Below are positions 1 to 11,532 of a stretch of DNA of 64,000 nt, one piece after another (within the stretch, counting starts at the first letter, position 1; the number at the start of each line of letters is the position of its first letter). This DNA comes from a virus (taxonomy: Duplodnaviria; Heunggongvirae; Uroviricota; Caudoviricetes): the IMG/VR virus record IMGVR_UViG_3300042563_002362. One strand, 5' to 3'. Below the pieces are notes generated by a model. It was not told where the DNA came from. It did no database searches and saw nothing but the letters and a program-made list of their open reading frames with translations. The translations under genes were made by a program, and so were the position numbers.

Positions 1-2
1 GA

Positions 3-278
3 CTTGGTACGGTTGATTCATATAAGCAAAATGAAGACGATGCTGTCATCTATTACACAAACAGCGCTAAGCACGGATTTGATAAGCCACTCACTACTTC
101 TGGAAATACAATTGTATTTGTAAGTTCAACTGGGGTTGAAACGGCTACATCAATTGTTCCAAGTAGCCCTAGCACTCCAACAGTTAATACCGCCGATGTA
201 CTCTTTATAGATAATCGTGCGACAATTAATCGTAGTGCTGATCAAAACGAAGAACTTAAAATCATCATCCAACTATAA
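3..278 (+). CDS. gp8: Baseplate wedge protein gp8-like, C-terminal fragment (gene starts before the window)
   Basis: Manual translation of frame 3 ends ...VLFIDNRATINRSADQNEELKIIIQL*, the typical C-terminus of T4-like gp8. TAATG overlap with the next gene. Confidence 0.75.
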   Translation, partial: LGTVDSYKQNEDDAVIYYTNSAKHGFDKPLTTSGNTIVFVSSTGVETATSIVPSSPSTPTVNTADVLFIDNRATINRSADQNEELKIIIQL

Positions 279-3200
279 TGGCAATTACTGCATACAATAC
301 AACTTACTGCGACGACGTTAACGTGCCAGACTCTAACGGTAAAACACCGTTGGATAAAAATTACATGCGTATCCTATTTAAGCCAGGATATGCAGTTCAA
401 ACACGTGAACTAAATCAGCTGCAGTCACTCATTCAAGCTCAACTTGATCGTCTCGGCGATAGCATTTATCAGAGCGGTAAGCCAGTAATTGATGGTAGCG
501 CTCGATTTGATGATCAGCTTGAAATCTATAGTGTAGATGTCACAACATCGACTCCGCTGATTGATTTAGACGAAAACCTTACGGATGATGTATTTGATTT
601 TACATCATACAATCGTGTTACTCGCACTACAGTTGGAGTAAGCGCCGAACTACCACTGCGCGCAAAGGTTGTTATAGTTGAGCCGCTAGAGCCGCCTACT
701 ATAGATGGTCAATATCGTTACAAGCTTTTTGTTAAGAATACAAATTCCGAAACAAGTGAAACTCAAACAAATATCTCGAAGTATTCTGTCGGCGATCTTT
801 TATCATTAGATAACAGTCAGGATGATACCGTTGTGTCAATTTCTTTAAACGTTACAGCAGTACATTCTTCGGTGGGAGCACAGGTTGCAAAAGGGGTATA
901 CTTCATCAAAGGATGCTATGTTCCAGTCGATGAGCAGTATGTTGCAACTGATATTCCAGCGAATTCTAAATTCACTGGATATGCAGTTCTTAAAGTAACC
1001 GAAGGCATTGCTACATCTGAGACCGACGAGACTCTTCTTGACAATGCTCGAGGATATCTTAACTACAGCTCACCTGGAGCTGATCGCTATTACATCGATC
1101 TTAAGTTAGAATTGTTAAGCGGAACTGATATACCATCGGATGAAAAATACATTACGATCTTAAAGATTGTTGATGACAAGGTGATGGTCAATTACGCTGA
1201 AGCGGAATTTACTGGGATTGATGATAAACTTGCAAAGCGTACATATGAAGAGTCAGGTAACTATGAGGTTAACCCATTCCCAATTCATATTCGTGAAGCG
1301 TATAACGATCTAACAAATGGTGGTCTCTACGTAGATAACCAATTACTTGATAACGGCTACACAAATGCTGCGGCTGCGCAAGAAGACTTGATATGCACGC
1401 TCGATCCATCGGTTGCATATGTTAAAGGATATCGTGTACAATTGAATTCTGCAATTCCTTTGAAATTTTCTAAAGCCAGAGAAACCGACAGTTTACAAAA
1501 TGTTGGTATTTCAGCTGACATGGGAATGTATGTCGATGGTATATTTGATTCAGGTAGTGATATTCCAGACATTGAGAATGTAGAAACGATCTATACTCTT
1601 AAGTCTGGAACTTACGGCGCTGCGACAATCGGCAGCACTCGCATCCGTTCAATTGAATCAAATGGTGATGGAACATATCGCCTTTTCCTATATGACATAA
1701 AATTTACAGGAACATCTGAAATTCATACTATTCACGAAGATACGAAAATCGTCTTAGGCAGTTCTATTACATTTATCTCAGACACAGTTCTCAAAGATGC
1801 TGATGTTCGCACTGCTCTTTATGATCTTCCATTTTCTCCAATAAAGAACATCGAAGATGTACAAATTCTTAAGAAGAAGGTATTTAGTAATGTATCTGTC
1901 ACAAAGACCAACTCTACGGTTGGCACACTTACAGTTGTAACTGATACTGGGAGCGCATTTGATAAGAGCCCGACAAACATTATTGTTCGAGTCGCTGGTC
2001 TTGTGAGTGGAGCTCCATCAACGGCAATAGTTACATACATAAATGTTACTCAAGGAACCAGTTCAAATACTCTAACCTTGACATTGAACGGTTTACCCGC
2101 AGGCATCACGTCTGTAACGGCAACTGTTATTGCTTCTGTGACTGGCACTGCTAAGCGAGGTAATAAAATTCTTAAGACAGCGACACGCACAATAAGTAAT
2201 CCTGTCAATGGAGTACGTACACTCACTGGCATTAAGCATCTTGTGTCTGTTACTGGTCCTAGTGGTCCTACATATGAAATTGTTAATGATGGACAATATG
2301 ATTCTCATTATGAAGACGCAACGATTAGAATAACTAAAACGAATGGTGACACCGTGCCAGTTACTCTTACGGTTACATACTATGACTTTGATACGTCCGA
2401 CGCGGTTTATTATGACGCTCTCAGTTATAAGAAGACCGTCGTAAGCGGAGGAATAACATCGACAGTTCAAATACCTCTTGAGGATATTCCATCATATGGT
2501 ACTACTCCGCTCATTGACGTTCTTGACTTCCGCTATGTACTTGGCGCATCACAATTTTCTCCAATTGATCCATACAGCACAATCACGTTTGATCTTGAAT
2601 ACTACATTCCTCGAATTGATAGCGTAGTCGTTAACAATATCGGAGAATTTTCAATTCTTAAAGGTGTTGCTTCAACTGAGCCTAGGAAGAGATCTATTCC
2701 ATCAAACGCGATGGAGTTATACACTCTTAACATCGGCCCATATACATTCGGTCCTGACGACGTAGATATAGAAAAGATTGACAATAAGAGATACACAATG
2801 AGTAACATCCGCTCATTAGAAAAACGAATCTCAAATCTTGAATACTACACGACGCTTTCATTGCTTGAAAAGAACGCAAATGATGCGACTATTCTCGATG
2901 ACCTCGGTATTGACCGATTTAAGAATGGTTTTGTAGTCGACAATTTCATAGGTCATAATGTAAGTGATACATCCGAAGGCAACAGCGTGTGCGCGGTTGA
3001 TCCAGATACCAATGAGTGCCGCCCCGCTTTCTCAACAAGAAGTCTTAAACTTAAGGCATTTAGCACCGCTCAGGTAATGCCTGAAGGCTGGTTGAGCGGT
3101 GTACATGATCGTTCAATAACTTTACCGTATAAACCACTTGCTTATATCAAACAGAGCGCGGCAAGCGAATCACGCACAATTGTTCCTCTTGACACAGCAA

Positions 3201-5428
3201 CAGCTGTTGGTAAATTAAGTCTCTACCCATCAGCAGATTATTGGTGTGAGACAAATGAAATTGCACCAAATGTTGTTCAAAATGACTCGCTTAAAGATTC
3301 ATTTATAAACGTTCTAACCGGACTGGAAGACGTGCTTGATGTTGACATTCTTGGCACTGAATGGAATAGCTGGACCGCATACTGGGGCGGGAAGCCGGTG
3401 AACTCATACAGAAAGAAGACTCGTAAGAAAATAAGAAAACGTTTTGCTAATCAGATTGAATACCGCAGAGACGGATTAACCACATCAATTGGTACTGATA
3501 ATACGACCGTCGATTTAGGTGAACGTGTGGTTGACCTTTCGGTTCGACCATATATTCGTCGCCGTTACATTTATTTCAGCGCCAAAGCTCTTAAGGCCAA
3601 CACTATTTACTACCCATTCTTTGATGGAGTTGATGTTGGATTTACTTGTTACAATCTTCTAACTGAAACTGAGTTTAATGCAAAAAAGAATGATGACATC
3701 GTAGGACCATATCTACCTGAAATTACACCAGGCAGCGCAACACAAATTAAGTCAAACGAAGACGGTGAATTATTTGGAGTGTTTGTTGTACCAGACTTCG
3801 CGAAGTCCGGCTTACGATTCTTGACAGGTGAACGCGAATTTAAGTTATCAGATTCTCCAAGAAATTCTTCTCCAGAGATAACGAGTTATGCATCAACTAA
3901 CTATGTTGCGTCTGGAATGACTAAGACGGTTCAGTCAGCGATTCTTTCGACGGCCGTTCCCGAACTTGTAAGAACACCGGTTGCTGAAATCAGAATCAAT
4001 AATGTAACTCATACTGTTGCTAACAGTCATGGTGTATGTGGATATCAAGACCCTATTGCGCAGAGCTTTTTAATCGACAATGATGAAGGTATCTTTGCTG
4101 TTGGTATTGACTTATTCTTTTCCAAGAAATCTTCCACAAATACTCCAGTTGAAATTTATATCGTTACATGTGAAAATGGGATGCCTACGCAAAATGTAGT
4201 TCCACTCTCAACGGTGATTAAGAAGACAGCTGATGTGATTGTATCTGACAATCAACTTCCGGGACCTCCGACATATTTTGAATTTGAACAGCCAGTGTAC
4301 CTATCTCCATATCAAGAATATGCAGTCGTTTGTAAGAGTACTGATGTTGATTACAAAGTATTCACTGCAACATTAGGTCAACCCAACATCGCAGATGCTG
4401 GACAGACTATCTCGAAGAATCCATACGGAGGCGTATTCTTTGTCAGTGCAAACTCATCAACATGGACGCCAGAACAAACAGTAGATCTTACATTTACTTT
4501 ATACCGTGCTCAATTTGATGCAAACTCTCAAAAAGAAGTTGTATTTAATACTCCATCAGTACAAACGCTAAGAAGAATCCAAGTTACAAATGCTGGTTCA
4601 GGTTACACGTCAGCGCCAACAGTCACTATTGATGGTAGCGCAACTGCGTATGCAGTTCGAAATTCAAGTGACGGAATCTCTGAAATTGTTATCACGAATC
4701 AAGGTGAAGGCTATACCAACATTCCAACAGTCACAATTGGGACGCCAGGATCGGGCGGTACACAAGCAACAGCAATAGCAGTGATGGCTAATCATCAGGT
4801 CTCTAACTTCGTCTTAGATCAAGATACAGTTGAGCTTGCAATATCAGCTGACATCAAAACATCAGTTACAAATCAAATCACCATTATTGGTAACAATTAT
4901 AAAGTTGAAGCCGACTCTACATATGAAGCATATAAGAGCAAGAAGGCATGGTCCGATGACGAGGATGGTGTGAATCGTAATAATTTGGTAGAGCTTACTT
5001 CTACTCTATATACTACTTCTGATTATATCACTCCAGTCATTGACACTGACCGCCTAAATGTTAAGTTGATTCGCAACAACATCCAAACGGATACAGCAAA
5101 AACTTCTCGCTATGTTACACGTGACATTCAATTAGCCGAAAAGGCAGATCAGCTTGATATTTACTTTGACGCAAATCGACCATCCACTGCGTGCAATCTA
5201 AACGTGTATGTTAAGTATGATGACACTGGGGATTGGATCAGCGTTCCAATATTGAATCCACGATTCATCCCAGTAAACACCGATCCTGATACGTTTTCTG
5301 AAATTCATTATCAGATTAAATCTACACCTAGCGAATTTGGTTCATTTAGAGTTAAGATTGAATTTGTCGGTGCAAATATTGTTGACGTCCCACGTATTAA
5401 AAACTTCAGAGCAATTGCTACCACATGA
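278..5428 (+). CDS. DUF4815 / VrlC-like large virion (baseplate-associated) structural protein
   Basis: N-terminal YMRILFKPGYAVQTRELNQLQS, DRFKNGFVVDNF and C-terminal DVPRIKNFRAIA motifs. Position after gp8 as in T4-like cyanophages. Confidence 0.8.
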   Translation: MAITAYNTTYCDDVNVPDSNGKTPLDKNYMRILFKPGYAVQTRELNQLQSLIQAQLDRLGDSIYQSGKPVIDGSARFDDQLEIYSVDVTTSTPLIDLDENLTDDVFDFTSYNRVTRTTVGVSAELPLRAKVVIVEPLEPPTIDGQYRYKLFVKNTNSETSETQTNISKYSVGDLLSLDNSQDDTVVSISLNVTAVHSSVGAQVAKGVYFIKGCYVPVDEQYVATDIPANSKFTGYAVLKVTEGIATSETDETLLDNARGYLNYSSPGADRYYIDLKLELLSGTDIPSDEKYITILKIVDDKVMVNYAEAEFTGIDDKLAKRTYEESGNYEVNPFPIHIREAYNDLTNGGLYVDNQLLDNGYTNAAAAQEDLICTLDPSVAYVKGYRVQLNSAIPLKFSKARETDSLQNVGISADMGMYVDGIFDSGSDIPDIENVETIYTLKSGTYGAATIGSTRIRSIESNGDGTYRLFLYDIKFTGTSEIHTIHEDTKIVLGSSITFISDTVLKDADVRTALYDLPFSPIKNIEDVQILKKKVFSNVSVTKTNSTVGTLTVVTDTGSAFDKSPTNIIVRVAGLVSGAPSTAIVTYINVTQGTSSNTLTLTLNGLPAGITSVTATVIASVTGTAKRGNKILKTATRTISNPVNGVRTLTGIKHLVSVTGPSGPTYEIVNDGQYDSHYEDATIRITKTNGDTVPVTLTVTYYDFDTSDAVYYDALSYKKTVVSGGITSTVQIPLEDIPSYGTTPLIDVLDFRYVLGASQFSPIDPYSTITFDLEYYIPRIDSVVVNNIGEFSILKGVASTEPRKRSIPSNAMELYTLNIGPYTFGPDDVDIEKIDNKRYTMSNIRSLEKRISNLEYYTTLSLLEKNANDATILDDLGIDRFKNGFVVDNFIGHNVSDTSEGNSVCAVDPDTNECRPAFSTRSLKLKAFSTAQVMPEGWLSGVHDRSITLPYKPLAYIKQSAASESRTIVPLDTATAVGKLSLYPSADYWCETNEIAPNVVQNDSLKDSFINVLTGLEDVLDVDILGTEWNSWTAYWGGKPVNSYRKKTRKKIRKRFANQIEYRRDGLTTSIGTDNTTVDLGERVVDLSVRPYIRRRYIYFSAKALKANTIYYPFFDGVDVGFTCYNLLTETEFNAKKNDDIVGPYLPEITPGSATQIKSNEDGELFGVFVVPDFAKSGLRFLTGEREFKLSDSPRNSSPEITSYASTNYVASGMTKTVQSAILSTAVPELVRTPVAEIRINNVTHTVANSHGVCGYQDPIAQSFLIDNDEGIFAVGIDLFFSKKSSTNTPVEIYIVTCENGMPTQNVVPLSTVIKKTADVIVSDNQLPGPPTYFEFEQPVYLSPYQEYAVVCKSTDVDYKVFTATLGQPNIADAGQTISKNPYGGVFFVSANSSTWTPEQTVDLTFTLYRAQFDANSQKEVVFNTPSVQTLRRIQVTNAGSGYTSAPTVTIDGSATAYAVRNSSDGISEIVITNQGEGYTNIPTVTIGTPGSGGTQATAIAVMANHQVSNFVLDQDTVELAISADIKTSVTNQITIIGNNYKVEADSTYEAYKSKKAWSDDEDGVNRNNLVELTSTLYTTSDYITPVIDTDRLNVKLIRNNIQTDTAKTSRYVTRDIQLAEKADQLDIYFDANRPSTACNLNVYVKYDDTGDWISVPILNPRFIPVNTDPDTFSEIHYQIKSTPSEFGSFRVKIEFVGANIVDVPRIKNFRAIATT

Positions 5429-5661
5429 GTTTAAGTCATATGGTCCCGGTTGATGAGTATCGCGATTTATGTCGCGATACTCAATCCAACTCTATCGTTA
5501 ATACAAATAGAGATGCATATCTTAATGCTAAGATGAAAAAGAAAGCGATTGCTCAACAAAAGTCTGAACATGCACAAATGAAAAATCAGATTGAAGAATT
5601 GATAAAACGATGCGAAGTGTTAGAACATCAAGTATCAAAGTTAGCAGGTATAAATAGTTAA
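5425..5661 (+). CDS. Small coiled-coil hypothetical protein
   Basis: 78 aa, ATGA overlap with the upstream gene, C-terminal heptad-like helix. Similar small genes follow VrlC-like genes. Confidence 0.7.
   Translation: MSLSHMVPVDEYRDLCRDTQSNSIVNTNRDAYLNAKMKKKAIAQQKSEHAQMKNQIEELIKRCEVLEHQVSKLAGINS
5649..5656 (+). promoter_or_regulatory. T4-type late promoter TATAAATA
   Basis: Exact consensus 10 nt upstream of the fibre gene ATG at 5667. Confidence 0.75.
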
Positions 5662-5666
5662 GATAT

Positions 5667-8450
5667 ATGGAAACAATTGATTTTGACCTATTTGGCGCCA
5701 CTGGTGTATTGGGCACCGATACATTTGAGACATGGAGACTAAAGACCAATGGAATAATCGGAAAGGTTAGCACTATCAATTCTTCATATGCTTCACGCAA
5801 TGATGTTTTGTTATTGGATAATTCCGCACAAACGGTATTAGGTAATAAAATTTTCGGTAACGGGATTACGATTGGCGGGGATGGTGGAAATGTCCCTCTT
5901 ACTGTCAACTCTTCAAGTGAACTTTTGCTGACAAACAACTTAGTAATTGGCGAAGATAAGACTTTATCGGCTACCTCGCTAATCTCAAGAAGTGGTGAGC
6001 TTACTCTCAGCGGAAGAACATATCAGTGGCCAACACTCCAGGCAGACCAAATTGAAGGTTACGTATACCATACACCAGGTGGAGATATCGAATTTAAGAG
6101 CCTAACAACAGTCGTTAGAGAAGTTAAGGCCGGCATCGCTCAGTCCGCTTTAGTATCAGCTCAAGAAATTACTCCAGTTGGAACCGTTATTGGTGTTAGA
6201 CTAGATTCAGCTCCTTCAACTGGATTGATTGAAAACACTTGGTTACTATGCGATGGGTCAACAATCGCTAACATGAGCACCGCTTACCCTCTACTATATG
6301 CTGCTTTAGGAAATAGCAATGTTCTTCCGGATTTAAGAACCAAAGTTCTTATGGGATCAAGCGGAGCAACAGGCTTCATTGGATCAACGGGTGCAACAAG
6401 CGCTCCATCCTATTACTCTGTACATTATTACATTAAAGCTAAAAAGGATGCAACGGTTTCGTTTACACTCAATGGTGGAAACGGCGTAAATCTATTAGGT
6501 AAGGACGCAAGTACTTCAATTGATATTTACGGTGGAACGGTTTCGCTAAACGTAGGCTCTGAATTTACGTTTGATATCAATAAAAAGTTGTTACTATCAA
6601 ACGGTGAAATATCTTATACGAAGTTAGCAAATGCGTCGACGACCGCTGCAACTGGATCTATAGGAATTCCTCTTAGAGATACAAATGGTTATGTTCGAGG
6701 AAACGCACCCGGTATCGTAGGACCTACCGCTGAAGGATCAATTCTCGTCAATAAAGCTTATGTTGATAACCTGGCCGAATCAAAAGATCATAAGATCCGA
6801 AGTCTAAATGGAAAAGGTTATAATTCTTACGGTGTGCAACCATACATCGGAGCAGTATTTGTAAATTACGAAAACCGTGTTAAGGCATATGGAGCATCCG
6901 ACGGTTCTCGTGCATTACGATATGGAGATGTTTATAGTAATGCTCTTGGGTACACACTTCCGATATACTCTAAAAATGCTAAGAACGTTTATTCTGATAC
7001 ATATAACACATACATAAAATATGCAGATGATACTGTATATTCATATGGTTTGAATAACAATCGCAAAACGGGCGTTGCTCTCCCATCGGCATCAGCGACA
7101 TACCTCACTTCACCAAACCTCGCGTTTGGCGGTGAAGCAATTGATGAAGTTATTTTAAGTTACTCCACGGCCGAAACGGTATATGCAAAAACAAAGGATG
7201 GTCGCCTATGGGTTGCAGGAAGCAATCGGTATGGTCAACTAGGGCTTGGCTCAAGTGCTCCAGGCGCCGGCACCTCCACAGCTTACCTTCCCCAAGCAAC
7301 AAATCCAGGTGGAAAGACTGTTAGCAAAGCATGGCTAATTGGAGACGGTAACGCGCAGACTGGATATGTTTTAGCAACAGACGATACATTGTGGGCATGT
7401 GGTTATGGCGGTTATGGTCAAATGGGTCGGATCAATATCAGCAATAGTAATCCGACATGGGTCCCAGTCTTAAATCCAGTAACATCTTCTTATACCGGCG
7501 GTACAACTACATATTCTTTAGGCACATACACCTCTACATCTCCACATGGATTGCAAGATTATGACATCGCCAAGTCCAGTACATTTAATTATGTAGTGAA
7601 AGTTTTATCTGCTAACACCTTCCAATTGTGTAATAGTGACCTGCTAGTGCCTATCACATCGTCGACGGCACCACTAACATTTAGTGGGGGCACGCAAATC
7701 CATAATCGAATGACTGGCATAGCCAATGCTGCTTTTGGCGGAACTGGAGGCGAAACATTTGGTTATATTCAAACAGCAGCTGATGGAACTCTATATGCAT
7801 GGGGTTATGGAACATATGGTCAACTAGGAAATGGATCAACATCTCATAAATCAATTCCAACCGCAGTAGTAAAAACAATTGGTTCAACCGTTAAATCCCA
7901 AGCACTATACACTGGATTAGACCACACGGTACACTTTGTTTCAACGGCCGCAACGGGCAATCATTTGTATGCTTGCGGAGCAAATTACTATGGTCAGTTA
8001 GGTATCGGTAAAAATGGAGGAGAACTAAGTCAATTTGAAAAAGTATCGGTTGCGAATCTAAGCGACAGCGGTCTCCAAATTACAGGCAATGATTACTCAG
8101 TACACCAATTCTTTAGTCCTGGAGCCAATTGTAGATTTTGTGTATTTCAATCAGGCAACAATAAGAAATTAACTGCATGGGGTGAAAATCCATACAACAA
8201 GTTAGGAACACATAATAACGCAGCCTCACACAGTGCTCCACAAAACGTGTATGTTGAAAATGATAGTAATGTAACTGACGTACAAACTACAATTATACGT
8301 GTAAGTAGTGGGCACTTAACAACACTTATGACTGCCGACGATAGCCAAGAATACGGCGATTTGCATACGTGTGGTTATCATTATTATAATGTTGGCGCCT
8401 TCCCGAACGACGCAACGGTTCCATTCTTTACAAAATCTAAAAACATTTAA
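5667..8450 (+). CDS. Tail fibre / receptor-binding protein with collar domain and RCC1-like repeats
   Basis: N-terminal [11 protein letters not shown] anchor motif; collar motif PVGTVI...WLLCDGS...LPDLR; repeated GxNxYGQLG and GYGxYGQ(L/M)G RCC1 motifs. Confidence 0.75.
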   Translation: METIDFDLFGATGVLGTDTFETWRLKTNGIIGKVSTINSSYASRNDVLLLDNSAQTVLGNKIFGNGITIGGDGGNVPLTVNSSSELLLTNNLVIGEDKTLSATSLISRSGELTLSGRTYQWPTLQADQIEGYVYHTPGGDIEFKSLTTVVREVKAGIAQSALVSAQEITPVGTVIGVRLDSAPSTGLIENTWLLCDGSTIANMSTAYPLLYAALGNSNVLPDLRTKVLMGSSGATGFIGSTGATSAPSYYSVHYYIKAKKDATVSFTLNGGNGVNLLGKDASTSIDIYGGTVSLNVGSEFTFDINKKLLLSNGEISYTKLANASTTAATGSIGIPLRDTNGYVRGNAPGIVGPTAEGSILVNKAYVDNLAESKDHKIRSLNGKGYNSYGVQPYIGAVFVNYENRVKAYGASDGSRALRYGDVYSNALGYTLPIYSKNAKNVYSDTYNTYIKYADDTVYSYGLNNNRKTGVALPSASATYLTSPNLAFGGEAIDEVILSYSTAETVYAKTKDGRLWVAGSNRYGQLGLGSSAPGAGTSTAYLPQATNPGGKTVSKAWLIGDGNAQTGYVLATDDTLWACGYGGYGQMGRINISNSNPTWVPVLNPVTSSYTGGTTTYSLGTYTSTSPHGLQDYDIAKSSTFNYVVKVLSANTFQLCNSDLLVPITSSTAPLTFSGGTQIHNRMTGIANAAFGGTGGETFGYIQTAADGTLYAWGYGTYGQLGNGSTSHKSIPTAVVKTIGSTVKSQALYTGLDHTVHFVSTAATGNHLYACGANYYGQLGIGKNGGELSQFEKVSVANLSDSGLQITGNDYSVHQFFSPGANCRFCVFQSGNNKKLTAWGENPYNKLGTHNNAASHSAPQNVYVENDSNVTDVQTTIIRVSSGHLTTLMTADDSQEYGDLHTCGYHYYNVGAFPNDATVPFFTKSKNI

Positions 8451-8456
8451 TAAATA
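8448..8456 (+). promoter_or_regulatory. Late promoter variant TAATAAATA
   Basis: ATAAATA core just upstream of ATG 8462. The same variant recurs at 11166, 25604 and 45701. Confidence 0.6.
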
Positions 8457-8461
8457 CCTTT

Positions 8462-11155
8462 ATGTCAGATATCCCAACACGCGTGATTGTAAAATCAAGC
8501 TCAGTCCCTTCAGCGGTACCAACATCTGCGTTTTTGGAACGCGGTGAATTTGCTTTAAATTATGCTGACGGGAAGCTCTATTACAAAGATGAAGCCGATA
8601 ACATTAAGTTCATTGGTCAAGATCTAATTGGCGCAAGCGGCGCAACTGGCGGTAGTAGTGGAGCAACCGGAGCGACAGGAGCAACCGGTCCAACCGGTCT
8701 TCAAGGCACGCAGGGTCCAATTGGAAACACCGGAGGGACTGGAGCAACTGGAGCAACTGGTGTAAGAGGATCAACTGGTCCAACTGGAGCAACTGGAGCG
8801 ACAATCGTATCAGCTGAAATCGGATATGATGGAAATCTTTTCTTAACGCTATCAAATTCTTCAGTCATTTTAGTCGGAGACGTTGTAGGAGCAACTGGCG
8901 CACCTGGAACAAGTATTACCGTAAAAGGTGCAGTCGATATTTTCGACAACCTTCCTTCATCTGGTAATACGCAAGGTGATTTATGGATTGTTGCCTTCGA
9001 CGGGCATGCATGGGTTTGGGGTGGATCTGGCTGGGTTGATGCTGGAAGTATTGTAGGACCTCAAGGCCCATCTGGAGCAACAGGTGCTACCGGGTCCGCT
9101 GGTCCAACCGGCGCGACTGGGCCGCAGGGATTAGTTGGAGCAGCTGGAGCCGCTGGTCTTAACGGATCGGCAGGCGCAACTGGCGCGAGCGGCGTGGGCG
9201 GCGCGACAGGAGCAACCGGTGCAACAGGCGCAATTGGGGCAACCGGAGTAACTGGAGCACAGGGACCTTCTGGTGATGTTGGGCCAACGGGAGCAACCGG
9301 AGCAACCGGAGCAACCGGCGCAACTGGAGTAACTGGAGCAACTGGTGTAAGAGGATCAACTGGTCCAACTGGAGCAACCGGAGCAACCGGCGCAACCGGA
9401 GCAGCTGGAGCAGCTGGAGCAACCGGCGCAAGTGGAGTAATCGGCGCAAGTGGACCGCGTGGAGCAACAGGTGTGAGTGGACTAATTGGGGCAACTGGTA
9501 TTAGTATAGGGACTATTACTGTCCTATATGACGGCACGTTAATCATCCAGTTTAGCAATGGTACAATTCAAACTTTTGGGAGTATCACTGGACCACAAGG
9601 ACCACCTGGAACGGCATTTACACTAAAAGGAAGTGTTGCTAATTTCGCGGCATTAAATACAATACCGTCTCCAGCCGATGGTGATGCATGGATACTCGCG
9701 GATACAAAGGTTGTTTATATTTACACCGCAGCAAATGCACCAGATCCATGGGAGAATGTTGGATTACTACAAGGAGCACAAGGAGCAACAGGGCCGCAAG
9801 GACCAATCGGTTTGTCCGGAATAAACGGAGCAACAGGCGCAACTGGACCACAAGGGGCAACTGGAACAACTGCATGGGGAGATCTTACTGGAGTGCCAGG
9901 TACGTTTACGCCATCTTCACACACACACGTGAGTTCAGCTATCACAGATGCATCTGCATCTCCATCGGCAAATAAGGTTGTTAAATACGACGGAGATGGT
10001 AGAATAACCGCACCTGTATTTGTTAATAGCATAACTTTACGAAATGGTCCTGGGCGCACTTCTCAACTACAATATACTAGTGAAGCTGATAATGTATTGT
10101 ATTTGCCGCACGCCCTCACCCCCAAAACATTAGCGGTGGTATCAGCATCCGACGGTAAAATCTTTCCAGCTGATATTGAGAACGCAACCGTAGAGCGCAC
10201 GCCAAATACTTTAGCGTTAAGAGATAGTTCTGGTATACTAAGCGCAAATTCATATAAGTTAGGCGGGACTAATTCATTAATAGGTGCATCGGGTGCATCA
10301 GGCATTACTTGGACTTTACCTTCATCATCTGGAAATATAGCATTAACCAGTCAATCGAACGGTGAAATTACACCGGCTGATATTGATGGTGTAGATGTTG
10401 AAGCTACAGCTAATACTATTGCATTAAGAAATGAAAACGGCGATTTAACTGTTAATGAGCTGATTGGTAGCACTGCACAAATTGGAACAACTGAATATGA
10501 TGTGTCAGGTGTTGCCGGATATTCTAAATTATGCAACATTGGAAACTTTATTTCTTATACAACATCGGATGGAGCTGATCAATTTCATGATTTCAATCAG
10601 GCACTAGCCATTCACACAAACGATACTAATAGTTCAGTGAATTCAGTGACAGTCAATGCAACCGCGTTCTTCAGTTCGTCTGTTCAAATGAGTGGAAGCG
10701 TGGTGTATAACGGAGGTAGCACTAAAACAATTACTTTCTCTGGCGTACAATTTGCTTTGACGACTCCTTCTAAAAATTCATTAATATCTCAGTTAACTTC
10801 ATCTACACCGACCGATGGAAATTTAGTTAAGTATGGCGCAGGTGGAATCATAACATCAGCGGGTCAGGTTTATTCTAACAGCGCATCCTTCACATATAAC
10901 AACGCTACAGCTAAAACTAATCATCGAACTGCTCTAGGTATCAAAGGAGAAATTGTTACGATCGTTGAAGGTGAAAGTTCTGTGACTGTATCTGCGACCG
11001 GAGTTACCACAGCGACTCCGATTGTTGGAACTCTGATAACAGATGACACTACATTAAAATACATTCGCATTGTGCCCGGGACTGATTCATATGCGGTGCA
11101 TGGAAACGCTGCTGCTACAGCAGAATGTAAGGTGAGTGTTATGATAATCCAGTGA
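8462..11155 (+). CDS. Collagen-like (Gly-X-Thr) tail fibre protein
   Basis: N-terminal [16 protein letters not shown] fibre-head motif; long [12 protein letters not shown] runs; repeated TANTIALR fibre motifs. Confidence 0.8.
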   Translation: MSDIPTRVIVKSSSVPSAVPTSAFLERGEFALNYADGKLYYKDEADNIKFIGQDLIGASGATGGSSGATGATGATGPTGLQGTQGPIGNTGGTGATGATGVRGSTGPTGATGATIVSAEIGYDGNLFLTLSNSSVILVGDVVGATGAPGTSITVKGAVDIFDNLPSSGNTQGDLWIVAFDGHAWVWGGSGWVDAGSIVGPQGPSGATGATGSAGPTGATGPQGLVGAAGAAGLNGSAGATGASGVGGATGATGATGAIGATGVTGAQGPSGDVGPTGATGATGATGATGVTGATGVRGSTGPTGATGATGATGAAGAAGATGASGVIGASGPRGATGVSGLIGATGISIGTITVLYDGTLIIQFSNGTIQTFGSITGPQGPPGTAFTLKGSVANFAALNTIPSPADGDAWILADTKVVYIYTAANAPDPWENVGLLQGAQGATGPQGPIGLSGINGATGATGPQGATGTTAWGDLTGVPGTFTPSSHTHVSSAITDASASPSANKVVKYDGDGRITAPVFVNSITLRNGPGRTSQLQYTSEADNVLYLPHALTPKTLAVVSASDGKIFPADIENATVERTPNTLALRDSSGILSANSYKLGGTNSLIGASGASGITWTLPSSSGNIALTSQSNGEITPADIDGVDVEATANTIALRNENGDLTVNELIGSTAQIGTTEYDVSGVAGYSKLCNIGNFISYTTSDGADQFHDFNQALAIHTNDTNSSVNSVTVNATAFFSSSVQMSGSVVYNGGSTKTITFSGVQFALTTPSKNSLISQLTSSTPTDGNLVKYGAGGIITSAGQVYSNSASFTYNNATAKTNHRTALGIKGEIVTIVEGESSVTVSATGVTTATPIVGTLITDDTTLKYIRIVPGTDSYAVHGNAAATAECKVSVMIIQ
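8746..9378 (+). repeat. Exact 48-bp direct repeat (8746-8793 and 9331-9378) in the collagen region
   Basis: aactggagcaactggtgtaagaggatcaactggtccaactggagcaac occurs twice. Confidence 0.9.
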
Positions 11156-11180
11156 AGATCTAATCTAATAAATACAGTGT

Positions 11181-11525
11181 ATGGCCCAGTACACTGATAT
11201 CACCATAGATCAAGGCTCAACATATTCAGGTAAGATTCCCGTAGTTGGCGCAAATAAGTTGCCGGTGAATCTCACCGGATTTGCAGCACGTGGTCAAATC
11301 CGTCGATCATATTCATCATTGACATCTGTAAATTTCTCAACAAGTATTCAGGATCCAGAGTCTGGTGAAATTTACATTAACCTTACACCAACTCAAACCG
11401 GGGCAATGAAGCCTGGTCGATATGTCTTTGATGTCGAAATTTACAATGAAAATGAAACTGATGTGATTCGTGTATGCGAAGGTCAAGCCGAAATTACACC
11501 TCGCGCAACTAAGCCAATAGAATAA
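11181..11525 (+). CDS. Fibre-associated adaptor (BppU N-terminal-like) protein
   Basis: IDQGSTY...[15 protein letters not shown]...[10 protein letters not shown] motif, common beside T4-like fibre genes. Late promoter variant at 11166-11174. Confidence 0.65.
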   Translation: MAQYTDITIDQGSTYSGKIPVVGANKLPVNLTGFAARGQIRRSYSSLTSVNFSTSIQDPESGEIYINLTPTQTGAMKPGRYVFDVEIYNENETDVIRVCEGQAEITPRATKPIE

Positions 11526-11532
11526 GTTAAAC

